Of a stretch of DNA of 64,000 bases, positions 52,018-63,833 are shown piece after piece. Both the position numbers and the translations under genes were made by a program. This DNA is from Octopus sinensis (Eukaryota), in contig NC_042998.1 in NCBI RefSeq assembly GCF_006345805.1, forward strand, positions 95,976,001 to 96,040,000, given 5' to 3'. Each line of letters opens with the position of its first letter. Within the stretch, counting starts at the first letter, position 1. The notes under the pieces were generated by a model. It was not told the origin of the DNA. It saw only the letters and a program-made list of their open reading frames with translations, and searched no databases.

Positions 52018-52949
52018 ATTCCCTTCCTTACCTAAGAACTTTATAAATACGTCTTTAATTTTTCGGTTTCAAGATATTTACTAAAAAAACACTGCTATAA
52101 GGCCATGAGCTAGCAGAATCGTTCGCACGCCGAGGAAAATGCTTAGCAGCATTTCGTCCGTCTTTTCGTTCCGAGTTCAAATTCCGCTGAGGTCTACTTT
52201 GCCTTTCATCCTTTCGAGGTCGATAAAATAAGCAGCAGTCTTATTGATAAATATCTTGAAACTGAATAATTAAAGGCGTATTTTAAAGTTCTAAAGTAAG
52301 AAAGGAATATTTTAAAATACCCGAGGCAAATTGCGACTGCATAAAATAAAAGCGGAGGGACATCTGCGTTTCAGAAACATAATTAGCTGAAACATTAAAA
52401 ATTCATAAACATAAATTAAATCTGTTTCTTTATTATTTTTTGCTTTCTTTTCGTGTAGGTTATAGATTTCTGGCTTTGTGCCAATCTTTGAAACCAGTAA
52501 GAAAATACAACCGGAAATTCATTTCTTTCGGTCAAATGGATAAATTACTTTATAATCTCGTAATTACCGCCAGAAAGTGAAATTTAATTGGCATACTATA
52601 ACAGGATTAACACTGATAACGCAGAAGCAATCAGTCACTTTATAACTAATAAGCACACAAGCAAAGAGTGAGCTTGAAACTGATAATACTCGAGCAGTCA
52701 ATCAGTTTATAAAGGATAAAACAAAAACTCACTAAATTGGTTTTCTTATATAGATACACTGTTTCAAATTCTGAGTGAAGGGACCAGTCAATTATAACAA
52801 CACTAATACTTGACTGGTACTTTATTTTATCGACACCTAGGAGCGGTAGCGTAGCTAGGGGCTGAAGTCAGTAGGAGGTCTGCCCAGGGTAACAATTTGT
52901 CGAATGAATCTATTCCAATACTTATTTATTTATATATTTGAAGTCTGAT

Positions 52950-53070
52950 ACTCTTTCAGTCTCTTTGTTGAACTGCTAGCTTATGGGGACGTAAACACAC
53001 CAGCATCAATAGTCAAGCAATGGGGGTGGAGATACGCATACATACATACATATATATACACATACATACG

Positions 53071-53120
<50 letters not shown>

Positions 53121-53407
53121 CATATACATACACACACACATATGTGTGTGTGTGTGTGTGGAGGCGCGTGGATTAGAGGTTAGGGTGTCAGCATCATGAT
53201 CGTAAGTTCGAGGTTTCGATTCCTGGACCGGGCGACGCGTTGTGTTCTTAAGCAAAATACTTCATTTCACGTTGCTCCAGTCCACTCAGCTGGCAAAAAT
53301 GAGTAACGCTGCGATGGACTGGCATCCCGTCCAGCTGGGGAACACATACACCATAGAAACCGGGAAACCGGGCCCATGAGCCTGGCTAGGCTTTAAAAGG
53401 GCGCATT

Positions 53408-53467
<60 letters not shown>

Positions 53468-53600
53468 GACAGGTTTCTTTCAGTTTCCGCCTATCAAATC
53501 CACTCACAAGCTTTTGGTCGGCCTGAGGCTATCGTAAACTAAGACATTCGGCAAAATGGCATGTAGCGGGACTGAACCAGAAACCAAGTGGTTGGGAGCA
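52950..53600 (-). mobile_element. SINE family B interrupted in its microsatellite by a SINE D
   Basis: 3' half at 52950-53030, 5' half at 53465-53600. Confidence 0.7.
53160..53412 (+). mobile_element. Full-length SINE family D
   Basis: GGAGGCGCGTGGATTAGAGGTTAGGG...GGTTTCGATTCCTGG head, then GTTGCTCCAGTCCACTCAGCTG and GCGATGGACTGGCATCCCGTCCAG. Confidence 0.8.
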
Positions 53601-53626
53601 GACTTCTTAGCACACAGCTAATATAT

Positions 53627-53673
<47 letters not shown>

Positions 53674-54155
53674 CATATATATAATTACATACATATAAGA
53701 GGGAATTACTACTATGTGGAAACCCTTACGCTAGAAGATCCGCTATGGTCTTACTACTAAGAATTGTTCTCTAGAAAATTTAGCAAACACCAGAAACGTA
53801 AGCGATTAAGACAAATGAAAAGTAACAAAAATATAGATTAATCATAAACAAATGTTTCACAATCAACAAATTACGTAATTTTACTTACGCAATTTATTTG
53901 TAGATCTTCAGTATGATCATGCTAGACCATTGGTGTTAAATTGATGTTATCAAATTAATATTCAATTTTTCACACTCATTTTAAGTTTGAATTATATATA
54001 TATAAGAGATGTATTGCTTTGAATTTGTGTGAATGTGTATACAATAATATATCAGATGAATAAATTTGGAGCGTTCTAAGAGGTAACAAATTTGTCAAGA
54101 ACTCAACTGTCAATTAAACATATTTGAAATGATTACACTACGTACGAAAGCGTTA

Positions 54156-54190
54156 ATTTAACATTTCGAGCCAAGCTCTTCTTCAGAAAT
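54156..54190 (-). ncRNA. Minimal type-I hammerhead ribozyme motif
   Basis: AUUU-CUGAAGA-A-GAGC-UUG-GCUC-GAAAU-GUU-AAAU: canonical core, stem I AUUU/AAAU. Confidence 0.65.
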
Positions 54191-54311
54191 AGGGCAAAGT
54201 TCAAAGGAAGGGAAGACGGAGGAAGAAAATCGCCAACGATATATTTATATATACATACATACATAAATACATACATACATACATACATACATACATACAT
54301 ACATACATACA

Positions 54312-54347
<36 letters not shown>

Positions 54348-54356
54348 TATATATAA

Positions 54357-57300
54357 GGTTAATCCAAACGGGAAAACAGAAAAAACAACAACACGTGGAA
54401 CAATTACAGTATTATTATTATTAGGCGCTCAGGAAAATGGAAGAAGGAGGGTATGACGTTTCGAGCGGAGCTCTTCGTCGGAAACATAGGAGAAAGAAAG
54501 ATCCCGAGACGGGAGGACAGAGGAAAAAAAATTGCAGGTAGTCTTCACGAGGTCACATACTGAAAAGACGGAAGTTGTAAAAAAGGAGGAAAATGTTTTT
54601 TAAAAACAGGAGAGCTGAATCAAAGAGGGAATGGTAAAAAAAGGTGTGCGAGAAAACGAGGGTGTGTGTATGTGTATGTGCGTGTGTGTGTATGTGTGTG
54701 TATGGTGGACAGTGGCTAGTAGCAGGCAGTAGTAGAGTTAAAGGAGTGTGTGGGGGTACCCTAGCAAGTGAGAAAGGCAGGTCAGAAACAGGGAGGTATG
54801 TGTGTGTGCGTGTGTATGTATGTGTGAGTGTGTGCGTGTGCGTGTGTGTATGTGTGTGTGAGGCGAGATAAAAAAACAAAAAATATGTATATGTTAGTGC
54901 GTGCAGGGCGAACAGATGACAAGCAAGTCTCGAGTGGTAAAAAATGGGAGGAAGGAGGGAAGAAGGGAAGGAGGGAAAGGGTGGGGGCGTATGTAACGTG
55001 CCAGTGAGTGTGTAGAGTGGTAGTGTGTCCAGTGTGCGTAGTTGTGTGTATAGCAAGTAAATTTGAAGTGTGTGTAAGTGTAATGTATATATATATGCAA
55101 ATGTGTGTGTGTGAGTGGGTGTGTGTATGTGTGTGCGTGTGTGTACAAAGAGGGGGGGGGGGGTAAGGGAAAAAAACTGCAGCGGAGGGGGGGGGGGAAG
55201 ATGGAAGAGTGGTCCCGCGGCGACAGGCGTGGGAGAACCCAAAGACACGCGCCGGCCCCAGATACGTACAGGAGATCTAGTCGGTCAAACCACGCGCGTG
55301 GTGCATTGCATGCGCGAACGCGCACAAGCGTGCATGTGCGCGCGCCTGCGAGTGTGTGTGTAAGTATGTATGTGTGTGGATGTGTGAGTGTGTCTGTGTG
55401 TAAGTCTGGGTGTCAGTGTGTCCGATGAATGTATGTGAGTATGTGTGTGTATATGTGTGTATATAGATGTATGTCCGTGTGTGTGTGTGTGTGTATGTGT
55501 ATGAGTGTGTACGTGTGTGTGTGTGGAAGTGTGTGTAGGTGTATGTGTATGCGCGTGCATGCAGGTGTGTGAGTGAGTGTGTGTGTGTGTATGTATGTGT
55601 GAGTGTGTATGTCTGTGTGTGTAGGATGCATGTGTGTGTATGGGTGTATGTATGTGTGTGTGTGTGTATGTATGTGTACGTGCGTGTGTGTGTGTGTATG
55701 CATGTATGCATGTATGCGTATGCATGTGCGTATGTGTGTGTATGTATGTGTGTAGGTATATATGTATGTGCGTATATGTGTGTGTATGTGCGTACATGTG
55801 TGTGTGTGTATGCATGTGTGTGTATGTAGGTGTGTAGGCGTGTGTGTATAGGTGTATGTATGTAAGTATGTATGGATGTGTCCGTGTGTGTATGTGTGTA
55901 TGCATGTGTGTGTATGTGGGTGTGTGGGCGTGTGTGTATAGGTGTATGTATGTATGTATGTGTGTGTCCGTGTGTGTTTGTGTGTGTGTGTGTATGCATG
56001 TGTAGGTGTGTGTGTACGTGTGTAATATATGTATGTATGCGTGTGTGTGCGTGTGTATGCGTGTGTGTGTGTATGTAGGTGCGTATGTATGTGTGTGGGA
56101 GTGTAGGTGTGTGTGTGCGTGTGCGTGTATATGTTGGTGTGTGTGTATGTGAGTGTGAGTGTATGGGTGTTAGTCATGCATGTGTGTGCGCGTGCAGGCG
56201 AGTATGTGTGTAAGTATGTGTGTGTGTATGTATGTGTGAGTGTGTATGTGTGTATGTCTGCGTGTATGTATGTGCGTATAGGAGTATGTAAGTATGTGTA
56301 TGTGTGTGGGTGTATGTATGTATGTGTGTGTGCATGTGTGTGAGTATATGCGTGTGTGCGTATGTATGTGTATGTGTATGTGTGTGTGTTTATGTATGTG
56401 TGTATGTATGTGTGTAGGCGTGTGTGTACAGGTGTATGTATGTATGGGTGTGTGTCTGTGAGTGTTTGTGTGTGTAGGTATGTGTGTATGTATGAGTGAA
56501 GGTATGGCTGTGTAGGTGTGTGTGTGTATGAATGTAAGTGTGTGTGTGTACAAGTGTAATGTATGTATGTAGGTGTGTGTGTGTATGTGTGCGTGTGCGT
56601 GTGTATGTGTGTGTGTGTGTGTATGTGTGTGAGTGTATGGATGTATGTGTATGTCTGAAGTAGGTATGTGTGTGTATGTATGTATGTGTGTGTGTGTGCG
56701 GGTATGTGTGTGTGTGTATGTGTGTGTGTAAGTGTGTGTGTGAGTAGGTGTGCGTGTATGTATGTGGGTAGGGATGCATGCGTGTGTGTGGGTATGTATG
56801 TATACATACGCACGCACACACCCGAAGCACGCCCACACACACGAAGCACGCTCACACACGCAACACACAAACAATACAACGCAAGCCCATGGGGCCGACC
56901 AATCCCCAGCACGCACTAAGGTGTGCGCGCGCGGGGGCCCCCGAACGACCCGCTCCACGGGAACCGAGGATCCATCAACCAAAGCTAGAAAGCAGAAAAG
57001 AGGGGGGGTTTGCCTGGGTGCAAATAGGTGTATGTGTGTGTGCATTCGTGTAAAGGTGTGCATGTGTGGGTATGTGTGTATGTATGTGTGTGTGCGTACA
57101 TGTATTTGTGCATGTGTGTGTGTGTATGTAAGTATAGGTGTGTGAAGTATGTATGTGCGATGTGTGTGTGTGTGTGTATGTATGTGCGTATGTATGTGTG
57201 TATGTATGTGTGTATGTATGTCTGTGTGTGTGTGTGTGTGTAAGTATGTATGTGTGTGTGTATGTATGTATGTGTGTATGTATGTGCATGTTGGTTTCTA

Positions 57301-57461
57301 TGTTAGTGTGTGCATGTATGTCTATAAGTATGTGTGATTGAATGTGTGAATGTGTGTGCGTAGATGTGTATCCGTATGTGTGTGTGTGAACAGGCGTGTG
57401 GGATGTAGGTAGGTGTGTGTGGGGTGTTTATCCGGAAAAAAAAACCTTAGGAGGAGGAGGC
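54357..57461 (-). mobile_element. ~3.1-kb non-coding Penelope-like element with hammerhead segment and long degenerate TG-rich body, flanked by (TA)n
   Basis: Left end homologous to 15990-16210. Body is cryptic (TG/TATG) repeat with two GC-rich islands (~55150-55350, ~56810-57020). (TA)n on both sides. The right boundary is inferred. Confidence 0.55.
54451..54485 (-). ncRNA. Minimal type-I hammerhead-like motif (U4C variant, GUC triplet)
   Basis: GUUU-CCGACGA-A-GAGC-UCC-GCUC-GAAAC-GUC-AUAC; one mismatch in stem I. Confidence 0.55.
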
Positions 57462-57480
57462 TATATATATATATATATAT

Positions 57481-57682
57481 ATCTTTATTGCCCGCAGGGG
57501 GATAAACATAGAGGGGACAAACAAGGACAGACAACGGGATTAAGACGATTACATCGATCCCAGTGCGTAACTGGTACTTATTTAATCGACCTCGAAAGGA
57601 TGAAAGGCAAAGCAAAGTCGACCTCGGCGGAATTTGAACACAGAACGTAACGGTAGACAAAATACCGCTTAGCATTTTGCCC
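57481..57682 (-). mobile_element. SINE family A (5'-truncated)
   Basis: Family A sequence. Confidence 0.8.
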
Positions 57683-58798
57683 CAAATCGCTCACGTTGTT
57701 ATAAACCGATAATATGTTTGACAAAGGATGGATTCTGGTGATCACTTGTTCAGGAAATGAGATAAAAGTCTCATCGGTGCTTATCTAATGTACGGAGATC
57801 TGAAAGACTTTAAAGATCTATTAGAACATTATGGTTCTACTAATGTAGTTTTGGGGAACGCAAGTAAATATTCGCGAATTTCTTCAATAGATTTTGGTCT
57901 ACAATAAATTCTGTATTACACGGTTAGTTGACATATTTCTTTGCTAGGCTGAAATACAGTGTACAGTATTGAATATGCCAGTGATTAATGCAGTAAGGCT
58001 GAGGCTGCCAGCCAGTGCTTGAGCTATTATATGCCCCGGTCGTGCAGGAACAAAAGTGTGGCATGCTGGCGCGTTGTAAGGGACAAACAACTTTCTCTAT
58101 GTATGCGTGACCGACCTTGGGTCTTATATTGAGCATGGAAAACAAGCGAGAAAGGCATGTGTGGCGTATGAATGTGACAGAGATAGCATTTGTGTGTGTA
58201 TTAACTATGTGTGTTCGTGTGTGCGACAGAAGTACAAACAAAGTGTATGCAGGCAAAACAAAATACAGCGCATAGGAAAAGTCTCTCAGGGTATTTCAGA
58301 CAAGATGGAGTTAATTTGCCAGTTCGTAGTAAAGTTCATAATAGCAGTTCGTTCTGTAACAGGATGTTCGGATCACAAGTGCAGATGCCGGTTGAACACA
58401 TGTCGTGTAGCGGTTGTGGCTTCAATGCTGTGCCAGGTTACATTGGTACAGAAGATCTCGCAGGTAGTGCTGTGCTCTTAACCTCGGTGAAAATCATAAC
58501 AGCATGAAAGCTAAACCTGAATGAGTGCTATGTACATATTAATGTTGCTGGAGATGGAGACGACGTGAAGGTGAAGGACGACGATGGTGATGGCGACGGC
58601 AGAGAAAGGCGACGTTGAGATGAAGGCGTCGGTGGCGTTGCTGGTGTATGTCAGCGTCGTCATTGGCTGGAGCAGGAACATGACTGGCTGGTCTGGTCGT
58701 CTGTCGCTGGAACTGGAACATGGTTGAGTAAGCTCTGTGTGGATGAAGACTGCGGCGGATTGATTGGTTCAGACTAGGTAGAAACTAGATTTTAGCTA

Positions 58799-58885
58799 AG
58801 TGTTTTATGGTCTATGACCAGAACTCGGGAAACTTGGTTGAGTGTTCTATGGTCTATGACCAGAACTCGGGAAACTTGGTTGAGT
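58799..58885. repeat. 42-bp tandem repeat x2
   Basis: agtgttYtatggtctatgaccagaactcgggaaacttggttg twice. Confidence 0.9.
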
Positions 58886-59573
58886 CCTCATCTTATAAAA
58901 TGTGGCCCCAGTAGACCCAAATGAAATCGGGTTATATTAACCAAAATGTGAAAAGGGGTCTAAATGGGTGCTGGAAGGGGATTAAAATTTAAAGGAGCGG
59001 GTGTTTAGCAATTCTCTGTTACATCAAGCTAAAAAATTTGCGCCAGCCTTTTAATCGTCAATGTGTTGCCGTCCATGATGAAGAAGTTTTGAATGCTTGC
59101 CATCGTGAGTCTACTGTCGTGAGAAAGAATCAATTCAAAACTTGGTGTTTAGGGATTTTCTTTTACATCAAGTTCAAAATTTTACGCCAGCCGTTGAACT
59201 GTCAATACGTTGCTGTCCGTCGTTAAGAAATGCCAGCCATGGTGACTCTACTATCCTCAAATTCTATCCCTTCAAACTTTGGTTTCCAATATTTTATTAT
59301 TTTTATTCAGCTCGCAAGTTCGTCTGTCCCTTTTAAATGTTAGTGTTTTGCTGTCTGCCTTGAAGCAGACCTTTCCGTTGTTACTGCCTGATATTTATGA
59401 TTGATCTTTCTAAATATTTTATTTCTCAACTTACTCAAGATCTTTTGTTGTTTATAAATGGGAGAGAGATAGATAAAGATAGAGAGTAAGAGAAAGCGAG
59501 GGAGAGTCCGAGAGAAAGGAAGAGTAAGAGAGTGGAAAAGTGAGAGAGAAAGGAGAGAGAAACAAAGAGGGAG

Positions 59574-59576
<3 letters not shown>

Positions 59577-59616
<40 letters not shown>

Positions 59617-59909
59617 GTTTAACGTCCGTTTTCCGTGCTAGCACGGGTTGGACAGTTTGACCGGGGTCTGGGAAACCAGGAGGCTGCACCAGGCTCCAGT
59701 CTGATCTGGCAGTGTTTCTACAGGTGGATGCCCTTCCTAACGCCAACCACTCTGTGAGCGTAGTGGGTGCCTTTTTCGTGCCGCCGGCACAGGTGCCAGG
59801 GGGGCTGGCAGAGGCCACGATCGGTTGGTGCTTTTTACGTGCCACCAGCACAGAAGCCAGTCAAGGCGGCGCTGCAATCGGCCACGTTCGGATGATGTTT
59901 TTTACGTGC
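59577..59909 (-). mobile_element. Family C retroposon
   Basis: (CAT)n tail and the same architecture as 51712-52017. Confidence 0.8.
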
Positions 59910-60145
59910 TGAAAGGAAGCAACAGAAAGTAACAACCACACTCTTACCCGCGCGTAGAGCGGGTCACCTTCAGCTAGTCTTATATATATATTCATACATA
60001 CATACACACACACATACACTCACATATACATACACACACACGCAAACACACGCACACACGCACACACGCACACACACACACACATATATATATATGAATA
60101 TATATATGTGTGTGTGTATGTACGTGTGTGTATGTATGTGTGTGC

Positions 60146-60188
<43 letters not shown>

Positions 60189-60679
60189 CAGCCTTTCGCA
60201 TTCATTGAGTTTTATTACACATAAATACTGTAACAATTTACATATGTTACCAGAGCATTTAGCTTAGCGTCTTTGTTTTCATAGAAATGTGGGGTTTTTA
60301 AATCATAGCCGTCTAAAAAGATTGTGACATCAAAGACGTTTTAATAAACTTTATAGCTATGTCAGGCGCATGCAGAACAGGTATGCCAAGAAGGTAAAAT
60401 AACTATACAAATGATTTATTAATTTTGGTTAATTATGGCTTTTGTGTATTATTGATGATACACAATGGAAGAAAAATAGCCTGGCTGGTTGCATGTAAAA
60501 GTGAGAATGACTGCACTAATAATGATATACATTTCCATATTTTATTACTTCGAACTTTTGTATTTACACTTGGCCTATGTATTAGTTAAACTGTAAAACA
60601 TATAAGATATTGTATATATGATAATTTGAAGTTTTTACTGTGTAACATAGAAATAGTATTTTAGTTAATTATATAATAA

Positions 60680-61123
60680 TGGTTTCAAATTTTGACACAA
60701 GGCCAGCAATTTCGAGGAAGGGGTAAGTCGATTACATCGACACCAATGTTCAGCTGGTACTTAATTTATCGATCCCGAAGGGTTTGAAGTAAAGTCGGTC
60801 ACGGAGAAATTTTAACTCAGATCGTAAGGACGGACAAAGTGCTGCCAAGCATTTTACCTGGCGTGTTAACGATTCTGCCAACTCACCGCCTTAGTTAATT
60901 ATATAATAAACCTTTCTATTAAAGGTACAAGGCCTGAAATTTGTGGGAGGAGATTAGTCAATTACATCGACTCCGGGTGTTTCACTGGTACTTAATCTAT
61001 TGACACCGAAAGGATGAAAGGCAAAGTCGACCTCGGCGGAATTTGAACTCAGAACGTGCAGACGGACGAAATGCCGCTAAGCATTTTGTCTGGCGGGCTA
61101 ACGACTCTGCCAGCTCACCGCCT
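60680..61123 (-). mobile_element. Two tandem SINE family A copies separated by a target-like repeat
   Basis: ttagttaattatata occurs at 60661, 60891 and (ttaggttaattatata) 61123. Confidence 0.8.
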
Positions 61124-61260
61124 TAGGTTAATTATATATTAGTTCATAGTCGTTATAGGCAGAACACGTAGTAAAGGTAAGAACATCTATCATGGAACTA
61201 ACGTAGAGAGTTACGTGTAGAGTTCAAGGTCGTTCTGTCTTGGAATTCAATAGCACAACT

Positions 61261-61480
61261 TTTCTGCCAGCTCGCCGCTGGCAGAAACGTTAGCACGCCG
61301 GGCGGAATGCTTTACGTTCTAAGTTCAAATTCCGCCAAGGTCGACTTTGCCTTTCATCCTTTCAAGGTCGATAAAATAAGTACCAGTTACGCACTGGGAT
61401 CGATGTCATCGACTTAATCCCTTTGTCTGTCCTTATTTGTCCCCTCTTTGTTTAGCCCCCTGTGGGCAATAAAGAAATAA
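61261..61480 (+). mobile_element. SINE family A with 5' inversion and TSD
   Basis: tttctgccagc-tcgcc-gctggcagaaa hairpin at the 5' end; flanks aatagcacaacttt / aatatcacaacttt. Confidence 0.8.
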
Positions 61481-62270
61481 ATATCACAACTTTTAATAAA
61501 TTTTTATAAGTTTTCTAGAACTTTCGATAAAATTATTTGCCGGGATTTCACGTCACTTTCTTTTTCTGCTTTTAATTATTATTTATTTACAAAATATGTG
61601 GATGGAACGTTTGTAAAACACCATTTAGTTTAAGAGAGCGTTAAGGTACAAAAAGGGCTCAGAACCGCTAAAATTTGTTAATTACTGACGTAATATGCTA
61701 ATAGTGATTTCTGAAAAATAATTTCAGAAGACATGAGCTTACTATTAATTTCTGAAAAATAATTTCAGAAGACATGAGCTTACTATTAATAGAAAATAGA
61801 AAATTACAGATAAATATGTTAAAAGGACAGGTATATACTAAACAGGATATATCAAGTAAAATAATTTTCTTTACAAATTCAATGAGGTTGATGTTCTGGC
61901 ATAGGCGTTTAACTTAAAAATAGACATGTTAATTCAAGCTTAAGTCATAGTCAGTTAAATCCTGTCTACAATTGTGATATTACGACCCCATGCTTATCAT
62001 ACGCGAAATTAACTTGTATATGCGCCACTGCGCTGTTAATATAAAAACCTTTCAGCGAAACATATTTTTAAATAGTACACACACACACACCGCACACACA
62101 CACACCGCACACACACGTATGTATGTATGTATACTACAGAATAGTATAGTAGCACAAAGAGGCTACCTTAAAGATAGTGTGCTTGGCATTCATAGTGGTT
62201 ATTATTTAGCATTCATCATTGATGTGATTATTGAATGCAAGTGTGCCTGTTTATTTGTACCCATCATCGC

Positions 62271-62306
<36 letters not shown>

Positions 62307-62962
62307 GTGTGTGTGTGTGTGTGTGTGTATGTGTGTCTATCTCCCTCTCCCCCTCTTGTTCTTCATCATCACGTGGTTTTCTCCTTTCTGGTTTTCTCTC
62401 CCACCTTTCCCTATTCTTCTTCTCTCCCCTTCACCGTTCCCTCCCTCTCACTCCTCCTCTCGACTCTCTCGTCGCTGACACGTGACGAGAAGGAATCTAT
62501 CTTTCTGACTACTACCTTCATAAAGACTAAACGTGCTTATACTGTCTCTTCATAAGCTCGTCTCCCTAAGCGTTCAGAATAATTTTTCCATCGTCTTGGC
62601 TTAACAACCCTCAACGTTTGTTTTTACTGTTTTGTTCTCATTGTTCTGTATTTTACTATTTTTACTTTTTTATTGTTTTTACTGTTTTGTTCTCACTGTC
62701 GTGTGCTTGTTACCAATTTCACCCTCGGCAAAAAATCACAAATTCTATTTAATTTGCTTTGCGGGAAGAATTGTTTCAACGAAGTCGCGTCTTGTCCTTG
62801 CCTTCTTAATGTGGAGTAGTTGAAACAGGGACAACTGAAGAAGGGGAATATTCTTTATGTTGTATGTCCCGTTTCTCTGTTTTTTTTTCATTGTTCTAAA
62901 AAAAAGTTCGTTTCTATGGTCTTGTCTTTATGTTTTCGTTTCTCATTGTGTTCAACGTTTTT

Positions 62963-63060
62963 TTATGTCCTGTATATATACATATATATGTAGGTATGTA
63001 CATATCTGTATGTATATATACATATATATGTAGGTATGTACATATCTGTATGTATATATG

Positions 63061-63144
<84 letters not shown>

Positions 63145-63172
63145 TGTGTGTGTATGTATGTATATATATATA
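62963..63172. repeat. Compound (TA)/(TG) microsatellite
   Basis: Directly visible. Many similar tracts occur across the window (e.g. 20450-20600, 21240-21460, 53040-53160, 59985-60185). Confidence 0.9.
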
Positions 63173-63781
63173 CAAAATGGGGCAAGAACGCAAAATATCC
63201 GGACAGCTAGGTGATACAAAAATGGGACAACAAAGCATCCAGATAGACGATTCAAAGAAAAAACAAGGACGGGTCATTCGAAGTTTTCTTTCCTCAGTTA
63301 AATACCAGATTATCCCCGCAATTTTGACTGATTATACTTGAGATTGCTCCAATCTGGCCAGCCCCAAGGAAAAACTAAGCTAAGAGCATTAGATTCCTTG
63401 GAAGAAAGCAGCGAATGTACACAAAAACAAAGACGGTAAAAAACGCACAATGTTACACAAATATAAATACAATAAAAATAATAACAAGACATAATTACAG
63501 GTGTCTTTCGACTAAGGACGAATTGAATTAAGCTGGCGTGTGTGGAAATGAAGCCTTACGGCAGAGATACAAAGTTTCACAAACACAAGGAGGAATATCG
63601 ATGTTGCACGGACAACCACCAGACCAAGAAAGAAAGAACAGGCTTGGCCGAACGCCGGTTATGTGGGAAGAGAAGAGAGAGAAGTAGAAGCAGAGGGACA
63701 GAAGGATTAAGGAGGGGCGAGAAAAAATGACAGGAACACAGTGAAGTGAAAAGTGGAGGGAAAGTGAGCAAGAAGAGAAGG

Positions 63782-63831
<50 letters not shown>

Positions 63832-63833
63832 GC

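Noticed and set aside
53160-53235. tRNA gene candidates (also ~12587, 48369, 63834)
   Set aside because: A/B boxes are present but there is no complete cloverleaf, and each continues into a SINE body.
55277-57341. Long His/Thr/Tyr- or Cys/Val-rich ORFs (up to 499 aa)
   Set aside because: Translations of degenerate (CA)/(TG) repeat, which lacks stops in several frames at once. No domain or splice evidence.
61708-61789. 41-bp tandem duplicate with internal hairpin (similar 23-bp duplicate at ~49772-49822)
   Set aside because: Two-copy exact slippage duplications with no evidence of function.
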